NCBI GenBank assembly: GCA_963977015.1
Contig: CAXBMO010000003.1
Coordinates: 256,001 to 320,000 of the forward strand
Origin: an uncultured bacterium
Lineage (GTDB): Bacteria; Verrucomicrobiota; Verrucomicrobiia; Verrucomicrobiales; DEV007
Reading direction: 5' to 3'
Length of the DNA stretch: 64,000 bases
The notes under the pieces were generated by a model. It saw only the letters and a program-made list of their open reading frames with translations. It was not told where the DNA came from and made no database searches. Positions 15,001 through 17,770 of this stretch are shown piece after piece. The translations under genes were made by a program, and so were the position numbers. Every line of letters begins with the position of its first letter. Position 1 is the first letter of the stretch.

Positions 15001-17021
15001 ACCCCGTTGTTCTGATCCCAGTTCGTGGCATCAGACCAGTTTCCGTCCCCCAGATCATTATCCCAGACGTAAGTGCTGGATGTGACTGGATTCACGAAGG
15101 AAACCAAGCGATCCCCTGAACCCTCGGCATCCTCCGGGTCCGTTACTGTGAAGCGGATTTGTCGAGCGGTGGTTTCGGGAGTTCCGTTGGCGTTCACGTA
15201 GCTAACGGCTCGCAGGGCGGCCTCGTAATCCGCCACCGAAGCGGTGCCGGTGAAAACGATGCGATCCTGCGTCGTACTAGGATCCAACGTAATCCCTACC
15301 GGCAACGCTCCCGCCGCCAGAACATCCTCAGGGAGTCCCCCGCCGACGATCTCCACGACGGCACCCGCCAGATTTGCATCATTGCCATCGCTGACCGTGA
15401 TCCCGGCATCGATCACTTGAGCGCCAGAGGAAGGTGTGTAGGACAAATTGCCAGCGCTGGTCGTGACCACCGGTACTTCGTTGGCACTGCCGACCCAGAC
15501 TTCCACGTTTCGGATTGCGTAGCTACCCGTTCCCGGCCCGAACGTCCAATCCGGGGCACTCCCGCCGCTCGGACCGTATTGGTCCCCAATGCCTGCTCCG
15601 CCGCCACGAGTGATGCCGAAGAGCGTAGTGGCTTGCGTTTTCTCGGGATTGGTGAAGGCAAAAACCTGAAATGAACCGTGTCCGCTGCCGGTGCCGCCTC
15701 CCCCGTCCTTCCAGTCGTAACGGCTGTCGCTGGAGCCATACAATCCACCTCCATTTCCACCGTAGTTGCTCGCCCAAAACTCGATAATGCCGTCCGCGTA
15801 TTCGCCCGCAACCACATTCGGGTGATTGGTCTCGACGTGCAGATTGGTGACCAGGGTGCCCGGCTCCAAAATATTGCTGCCCGCCTTGGGAACGCCAAGC
15901 TTGGTCGGGTCGGTCGCCCCGCCGGACTGGAAATTGGAGACATCCATGGATACCCAGACCCAATAGTCTGTCGCCCCGCCGGATGCGCCTTGCCCCAACT
16001 CGATGAAATAGCCAACCCGGTCGTAGCTGTAGGTGCCGGCGGTGATGTCCGATTGGATGGCTGACGCGTTGTCTTTCGTATACGCGTCCTCAAAATCGAA
16101 CTGACCGTCATCCACCGCATACAACAACCGAACCCCGCTCATCCCGGTATCGCTAACCACTCCCCCCGGAGCGGCCGTCAAGTAATGCGCGTGATCCAGC
16201 GAATGAACCTCCGAGTCCTGAGCCAGGTCCGCCTCAGGGAGTCGACGGACGCCCTCGGACAGCACCTCGTCCATGAGTTCACTTCCGTGGTGGGAAATCC
16301 CGAGAATGTGCCCCTGCTCATGCATCAGTGTGGTGAGCAAATCGATCCGGTTCTCAGACTCGGGTGCCATCGCAACCATCTGAGTGTTCCCGTCGCTCAA
16401 GGCGGAGAATTCTTCGTCATCTAGAGGCGTTTCATCAACGAACCATGCCTTACCTCCAGCGTCGATATCGATCGTGATGACATTCCCCTCTGTCGCGCCG
16501 AGGTAATTTCCGGGCAAATCCACCAGCTGGTATACGACATTAGCCAACGCAAGAGATTGCTCCTCGCTCAGCCCTGTCAGGCGCCAACGTTCCGCAGCGG
16601 CGGCAGCAACCTGTTCCAGTTGTTCAGGCGTCAAAGTTTCAATTGCCGAATCAGCGGACACAACGATTTCGCCTTCCGCCTCTCCTGCCACCTCATCATC
16701 CCCATCGGTCGCCAATTCGCTCTCTTCTGCCAAAACATAAACCTCCGTTTCGAGCAACGCCTCCGAAGTGCTATCGAGTGCTGCCGGTGCCTCTGCCTGA
16801 GATTCCGCCGACGCCTGATTATCAGCTGCGGTATCCGGTGCTTCCTGAGAAGGTTCTGGAGTCGATTCCGATTCTGCGTCCGGCACACCTCCATCCACAG
16901 GAGCGGCAGAGTAAAGAATGCGTGGCTCGAGGTTTTCGAGGAGCATTTTGCCATCGGCAGACTTTTTGGGTTCGGATTTACCACGGCCCAAAAGGCGGTC
17001 CAGGAAGGGGTTATGTTTCAT
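1..17021 (-). CDS. Giant LEPR-XLL-type surface/adhesin protein A (partial, 3' end outside the window, >5670 aa)
   Basis: Hand translation from ATG at 17021 gives MKHNPFLDRLLGRGKSEPKKSADGKMLLENLEPRILYSAAPV, paralogous to the starts of genes B and C. The same frame reads sensibly at 16290-16322 (HEQGHILGISH) and at the window edge (..IHVGGALTTTGGG). Its absence from the ORF track fits having no stop codon inside the window. It contains many K.G.GTLTL.G.NTY.G.T.V..G autotransporter-associated beta-strand repeats. Not every codon was checked by hand. Confidence 0.93.
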   Translation of the reverse strand, partial: MKHNPFLDRLLGRGKSEPKKSADGKMLLENLEPRILYSAAPVDGGVPDAESESTPEPSQEAPDTAADNQASAESQAEAPAALDSTSEALLETEVYVLAEESELATDGDDEVAGEAEGEIVVSADSAIETLTPEQLEQVAAAAAERWRLTGLSEEQSLALANVVYQLVDLPGNYLGATEGNVITIDIDAGGKAWFVDETPLDDEEFSALSDGNTQMVAMAPESENRIDLLTTLMHEQGHILGISHHGSELMDEVLSEGVRRLPEADLAQDSEVHSLDHAHYLTAAPGGVVSDTGMSGVRLLYAVDDGQFDFEDAYTKDNASAIQSDITAGTYSYDRVGYFIELGQGASGGATDYWVWVSMDVSNFQSGGATDPTKLGVPKAGSNILEPGTLVTNLHVETNHPNVVAGEYADGIIEFWASNYGGNGGGLYGSSDSRYDWKDGGGGTGSGHGSFQVFAFTNPEKTQATTLFGITRGGGAGIGDQYGPSGGSAPDWTFGPGTGSYAIRNVEVWVGSANEVPVVTTSAGNLSYTPSSGAQVIDAGITVSDGNDANLAGAVVEIVGGGLPEDVLAAGALPVGITLDPSTTQDRIVFTGTASVADYEAALRAVSYVNANGTPETTARQIRFTVTDPEDAEGSGDRLVSFVNPVTSSTYVWDNDLGDGNWSDATNWDQNNGVPDTGTEVAVFRVVDGTVDLGGATITVDEVQFETSGTLTVTNGTLIANTITMSGGGTVDLFVEIDTATDFTLTAGQLNLHNPNNDLTGTVTATTGATFGAVLDASGGAAGNLNVNLDGATFELLPAASTEIQGAMAYLFNGNDTDLPGDSTQLATKILGGEVYFAQESDFLAFWGNELLGLNNSGNPSDPNSFGQTFVGRLTVPVTATTTLFRHTSADDANRIRIDLDGNGTFDSGAEDPYGADRGGTYTTSAIAVTAGQTYNVAIQAREGGGSSRLQPEVSFDNGATWERFDLKTDAVPQGVFNGTVTVSNASVIDLSTGFREATITSLVTTAGATVTTNSADFGQKWTAASVQVQGDATFAGNNAVNVTLGGLMETAAADLSFEGNAVFEFTAANTYSGTTTVTDDATLSLAGPTSLGDGTITVENGGSLIAATGTYTSDIFISGSGNANSEGALTKGTDGNVFWNANVTVVDDAEIRSTGGNEWLFDAGVISIASGKTLTLDADNRLNFRSSASITGDSTTTLQISGTDRVDMEVGIPDFHGTISVGSDGSDGHEVWGRLDVHAANGLGSNVGSVHIRGSEGTLVLRNGRTFEKDFFIEGDGRGTEGAIRNDNNSNTINGSITMTGDASIHVNDVSLTVTGAVTGGFELTKSGAGLLDLHQSNSMSNFLLGGGSVRIHQEDGLGGTTSLGIDSGEALELDFGAIGPVTFDATSTLNALTLNGGKFDLVSGEVLMGETFTLNLGGASELGSGTDARLTIANPLDMGLGSLVFSGDGDFVVTGDIVGDVNTGFVASPSDINGLQAWYDASTLSLNDGDVVTAWADQSGNGRHLVSYTGSPTFETNEINGLPAVRFDANNENLQIDPAVTNKEYFAGDVYLVFRAGDNRTTFGPSWGAPIGVKDGDDNDRMWMLEGNQDRFWGSELPASVTRNGVEIPSASNFDMSATTGNASMGEYMVLQVAAGPNNGTQVREYIVGNRTDAWSNSLFDTAEVIAFDHQLSVNEKLAVEAYLASKYAIAGSFQVPAFSNDITKTGSGTISLSGDNSYTGEVNVEGGTLIVGHDNALGLGSDSVPDAGSDVVNLSSGATIAFSGGVTVTGENISGLDGRDATRSGTIVNLDGDNAFLGNITASTSPSELDLTISSESGTLTLGTAGSHVMDVGFARLNLTGAGNVVVNSDISGETVSGVVSGIRGYVFANNAYGEPGDADQIQEILTSDLLDLNGDADFNAMFSDLNRNDNYAATFIGKLVIPDLNAGAPYDVKFTGITADDGLQIYLDTSGDGAFESGELILNQDGYTTNVPEVTVSIAPGIYDIKLRHREGGGGSNFQPQIDVGDGNGWQILDPGNMQSGVDLVLVTDPIKELIKTGTGTATLAGDNSLYEASYSVTEGTLVAASNTAVGDSSGTTTVADGAVLALDDTLAGSALTIAGETMTLNGNGTGSGALVNIAGNNTIEATTTLVAELASLGEIGIGSLADTLTIAADIDLEFSKLNVYGPGDIVMTGVISGNTGSQDILAPFAGTFTFDNTSTGDTGGWTLASGFLASDRSGEVEAVATSGGTLGGSSGGDAAHPTLRLVSPEFKLDGINNVITFDLHGGDSNGRDIGGADVDNLADLPASSQGQSGFQGLAIRNVATGDYVMSRANVSDGANSDGLTMDLTALYIADPDAIYTAEFVDFFDGGWGWVRLDNVIMPGQELVGTYQPDNSLVQQGGGTLTLTGANTYSGGTTIQSGTLLAANATGSATGTGDVTVETDGVLGGAGVVSGNVIADGGEIDPAGTGVAGVLAMASLTSTASSTFTAELNSGSNDAVVVTDTVNLTDVTLNPITIGGFAAADGVQLTLIDNQSGSAVTGTFTGLADGDEVTSLASGDIKAYISYNGGDGNDVTLSFFDTANPAPVVVDGLDGPTEFAVQVVGNTVQVVKDPNGTPEVIATRPLAAAHIEINGDDGAAGGEGNDTFILDYSDPKLLQARITVNGMDPVAGQGDQLVITNGTFGAVTHNLIAGDSGNLDLDGDGITDLTYTGLEPVDMTGSTVDDLIFNLPAGTDNARLTQNSGTGELTLESTDSPVHFELTTFTAPSGSVTINGGVGDTLTIANDLDLGAATFTVNLPSINLDADVVTTGNQTYNGAVIVDSATGLTAVTVTFSDTVNLNSQILTLDVSGTGVMASSMNGTVNAGGSLVMNGTGDLTISGTMTGNTFTGLINAGSVELVDHTNDLGDLGGSSWTVEAGATLTAHIDGNDSSLGHENVAINLNGGILELDDLNQASGILTTDSFAGAATQDNANGVYDNSGSNDSRLGDFGGGGNDTGDVPIDGFTGRWDTDWNLDGGTGGRTSYVRINSGSLTFTAAPDYTPGTGNSLVNYHKANDNSNLARLMDLGDSDATDEYWFSGLLEAPTVGGGTIFGEFVLNFGSEANLDRSVRLGFDTAGNAILEAADGSSTQTVTGTAFSAATTHLIVGVIDVNRTGDDTITYFLDPTDVTTRAQIAATAAQTLNVTHDVVRSGDTLNQFRFQGHKGGSDNGDQNAGILFDDIRFAGSQGELFGFIAPVAPQVGTVAHDVTMTSDSTISMLSGLPGAVLGDLVVTGGADRTLSVEAADAGQNLEFTNTLMSGAATEEVTISMTGNPQVTLNNVSGDPGFTASGSGTVFLPTANTYTGITTIKAGATIQLGNDAGLGVEGTIDSGTVIESGGTLDINGQRAGATGNEFVQVEGAGVGGQGAIVNTGAGQISAFRNITLTNDATFGAENRWDMRASGGASVFDMAGFNLTKIGASELVIASTDIQNPGDVEITEGIFRIEGAVSFNGTGTITVAGGADLDFWDNNEAQAVNILLQDGGDITVNGSSSGVGPTLNGSVTLVGGTGTILTDERGLIIDGIVTGAGTLRKTGNNTLTLTNSLNDFSGDADVTNGTLLVTVDGALGNTSGATNVSSGGTLEISGAVDLTIAETINIAGLGESGSGALRSSGGDTTIGAAVTVNLTDDATIRSVGGTLTLDTGLDTLDHVLELDGTGDFVVNGIISGLAAGGLEKGGTGTATLTSQNTYLGQTSIDSGTLIVTRDGGLGASGGAGTTVETGSALYFDGGFDYTTLEAITVSGTAEGGTVGNLSGNNSFDGSIQVMSDSDPVVGTFTGGDNGEGLDLLGDFLYAVNVRGTAELPVGDANFTTEGNEPNVTIIANSDVLAWKTPNFGASANDDNLDVIMQSIRHGGSGGATMDVEFNGLTVGEPYKAQLMFYEENANRTFDIYLDGKLLIEEYAAGVSTNVGSVFSYEFIATATSHTFQLGGAGDDNPVLQAVTLEQNTGYAGAIGTAHLTAVAGELTLNGAVNLDISGIDVTGAGNVSIHGDVSGTGPGSTITKLGAGELTLAGNNSYEGETTVSAGTLVASHDNALGSLAGGTTVASGATLALDNQGGAGLTIAEDLTIIGNGVGGTGVIRNDVGSNTLTGTIDVMGVGSLGAGHATIASDADTLTIAGDATFAQLTFDGDGDSVVNGQLMNGFSAEVLLSQNFENFGDGPDGIGASQTLIEGWVNDTTDDVDWVSDKGGTGSGDTGPSVDHTLGTTSGTYMYVEASGASAGGKTARMISPQIDLTGFTAAQLDFFYHMWGNTIGTLSVQASTDDGATWSGDLFSLTGEQQENQAESYLQAIVDLTPFVGSSNVRLQVTNVTGSTYSSDVAVDDFRVTALSAIQHPGEVVKSGTGTLTLTNANTYSGVTTVAEGTLAVANDNALGTLDAGTIVADGAVLALDNTIPATNLTIAENITLGADATNPGVLRNVVGDNTVSGNLFAEASATGEIRIESLADTLTISGDVSLEVAGITIDGDGDTVVSGDILAGTEVVNVYDATVIADDPLIYWRFGDADQSNGATAVNAATQASTLGTAGNGTYLDTSGTIDPAADSPIAGGDAIAIRGDLKEGVGRSFTANFPGTTATFEGWFRGDADPHAGGSYDPALFSYEGSGAGGSGNEFIAIISGNNLDIVANGATSSTSITKGELFNGNWRHLAITFDSSGTGSGSASIYLDGQFKETVTNNSWDADLSSSGQFVAGWEQDGALNNNGQTFQGFVGDMAEVAIYGAALDATTIENHYNQGLVTPVTPNNTLTKDGVGTLTLTGTNTYAGTTTVSVGTLQVDGGSITQTDSVVMEAGILQIINDGNVTVNNAVTNGVGEGQLLVDDGTMTVGNGFDVDDLRVGYETGTATLTVSDGDVAIGDGDGQFLIGYRDDGTPSGDTVGTVDFSGADSVIILVDDVLAGYSADPSRASVGGSKGTLTLSSVGDNTVVADNVRLGYTTSANNQAVRTSLHLGGADNTFNVDTFVVGDLKSPATVDIVSGGTFTLRGNSNAETDLRIGDNNDAPGTGTNPQSSHLDLSGGTFNATLDQLAIGLHNNGSGSGKGELTFEAGTVSANAIVLADTDIGGTSSNDAATQGTINLNGGVLQFGTLSQGGGTSAFNWSAGTIQNLTGQDLTNVDVDINLVGTGTQIILIDAGQSGEFQTAAEIIGGTAGGTLVKNGAGSLTLQGASTYVSATDVEAGILLADNAAGSATGSGNVTVRNAGTTLGGDGAVAGTVTSVGGTVSPELGLAEDLGTGSLTLDSASTLTFQINGLTPGVNAGYDQLDVTGTVDLNSDAGTGATLNLTLNPGVNPGDGAIFVLIDNDGDGTTPGDTVSGAFAGLPNGAALTLNDGTNDYVFTIHYDKETAESDTNGNNVVLVSHGIAETSVELVSNGSTLDLVITDINQESADQIDVSVQTIDTVDYYVIKDTNSPSLSMSTSIAAADVNRVSENEIHVRVSPVTGGLIVNSDFTGDVGDNGTDSFTFSGPAPITFAGDVTIQAETINIGADVTSAGEQTFDGAVTLTSAVTLAGTNITFEGKLDSDSEGTKRALVVNTSGDGVTTFGSTVGGVFDLASLTTNADGSVVLAGSVTTSGSQTYNDAVSLSGNRTLSGGSVNLIGAVTSGGNNLTVSAGTIDIQGGVGGGGGNILLTATSAGIHVGGALTTTGGG
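2750..3485 (-). other. LamG/concanavalin-A-like domain within gene A (approximate bounds)
   Basis: Translation YDATVIADDPLIYWRFGD...NWRHLAITFD...IYLDGQ...FVGDMAEVAIYGAALDATTIENHY matches the Laminin-G3-like pattern. Confidence 0.8.
3962..4484 (-). other. MAM domain within gene A (approximate bounds)
   Basis: DDVDW...TGSGDTGPSVDHT.GTTSGTYMYVEAS...ARMISP..D......LDFFYHMWGNTIGTLSV...DVAVDDFRV is the typical MAM signature. Confidence 0.85.
10990..11430 (-). other. PA14-like domain within gene A (a second copy lies at about 14150-14600)
   Basis: NYAATFIGKLVIP...TADDGLQIYLD...GIYDIKLRHREGGGG. The second copy reads GQTFVGRLTVP...SADDANRIRID...GQTYNVAIQAREGGG. Both have the DD dipeptide and E.GG motif of PA14 domains. 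Confidence 0.75.
11950..12600 (-). other. LamG-like domain within gene A (approximate bounds)
   Basis: GLQAWYDAS...VTAWADQSGNG...PTF....INGLPAVRFD...AEVIAFDHQLS..EKLAVEAYLASKY. Confidence 0.7.
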
Positions 17022-17095
17022 GTGTAGACAGGTGCGGATCCTCCAATCACAAAAATTGGCGGAGCAAAGGGGGTTTTGAGAAAATGGGGTGTATT

Positions 17096-17539
17096 TTAGG
17101 CACGAAAAAAGCCTGCATGTGGCTTAGTCGTACATTGCAGGCTGTTCGCTGAATCTTGGTTCCAAAAGGAAAGTGAAAAAGAGGGTTTGCTTCCTCGGGG
17201 CTGAAAATTCCCGCCAAAAAGCAGGGCGTAGCGCCTACGCATTCCGGAAAGAGTTCGCCCAACCGCATCGGCTCGTCGGCGAATCTGGCTGGAAATCGTC
17301 GAAACCCTTCTCTCCACGAAACGGAATTCTCCGATCTCGAAATGAGGCAACCACGAGAAAAAACAGATTGATTGTCCAGGCGCCGGAGCCGTGTCCGTCG
17401 ATTCGCGCTCCGGTGAAGGCTCCGACGAGAAGACTTCTGGCAGATCTCCCACCGCATCCTCATCCACCAACAGGGACCGGTTCGGCACAGGGGCTGCGAA
17501 AACCGTCCAAGTGGATAATTGAGGTGTGGAGATTACCAT
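17096..17539 (-). CDS. Leader protein A (147 aa), unknown family, paralog of 38225..38734 and 58231..58734
   Basis: Gap-free alignment of about 110 residues with the two paralogs: MV.S, W11, DED, PERE, CF[FY]SWL, RRA[DN]..GR, Y..LFGG. Conserved residues use synonymous codons (DED = GAT GAG GAT here, GAC GAA GAC in the others). Confidence 0.75.
   Translation of the reverse strand: MVISTPQLSTWTVFAAPVPNRSLLVDEDAVGDLPEVFSSEPSPERESTDTAPAPGQSICFFSWLPHFEIGEFRFVERRVSTISSQIRRRADAVGRTLSGMRRRYALLFGGNFQPRGSKPSFSLSFWNQDSANSLQCTTKPHAGFFRA
17105..17143 (-). terminator. Intrinsic terminator-like hairpin in the leader of gene A (putative attenuator)
   Basis: Minus strand reads AGCCTGC-AATGTACGACTAAGCCACAT-GCAGGC-TTTTTT. 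The loop can also pair ATGT with ACAT. It ends about 83 nt before the ATG of gene A. Confidence 0.7.
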
Positions 17540-17623
17540 TTCTGTAAGCTTTTATAGCTATCCAGCCTGCCAATTTGGTGAATCTGGCACCGAAGCGCAG
17601 GCATCACGATTGACTAAGGGCAC

Positions 17624-17680
17624 AGTTTAGCGGCAATCCGCCGAATTGCGCAACAGATTAGCTATTATCCTTTTGTATAG
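17624..17680 (-). promoter_or_regulatory. Conserved box CTATACAAAAG-N16-TTGCGC, followed 18 nt later by TAAACT (putative activator site plus sigma70-like promoter)
   Basis: Box at 17670-17680, TTGCG at 17649-17653, TAAACT at 17624-17629. The box and 16-nt spacing recur upstream of the other two leaders. Confidence 0.65.
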
Positions 17681-17746
17681 ATGCGCCAGCCAAAACACAG
17701 CTTCCTCAGGAGAACCCAACTACCTAACTTTTCTTAACCATCGCAT

Positions 17747-17767
17747 TGAAATAAGGCGGTTATTTCA
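17747..17767. repeat. Perfect 8-bp inverted repeat right after the stop codon of gene B
   Basis: TGAAATAA-GGCGG-TTATTTCA. No U-tract follows on the minus strand, so it is at most a weak terminator or a 3' stabilising hairpin. Confidence 0.5.
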
Positions 17768-17770
17768 CCG

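Noticed and set aside
17173-17547. Plus-strand ORFs opposite the leader ORFs (also 38365..38646, 38514..38777, 58180..58578)
   Set aside because: Their starts, lengths and frames are not conserved among the three cassettes, whereas the minus-strand frame is conserved with synonymous substitutions.
17649-17680. Reading the conserved TTGC as a sigma54 -12 element
   Set aside because: There is no GG at the required -24 position in the three copies, so a sigma70-like -35 fits better.
17096-17680. Known riboswitch (for example c-di-GMP), T-box or RfaH ops site in the leaders
   Set aside because: I could not find the consensus motifs by eye, and conservation follows codon structure. An Rfam scan is needed to exclude this formally.
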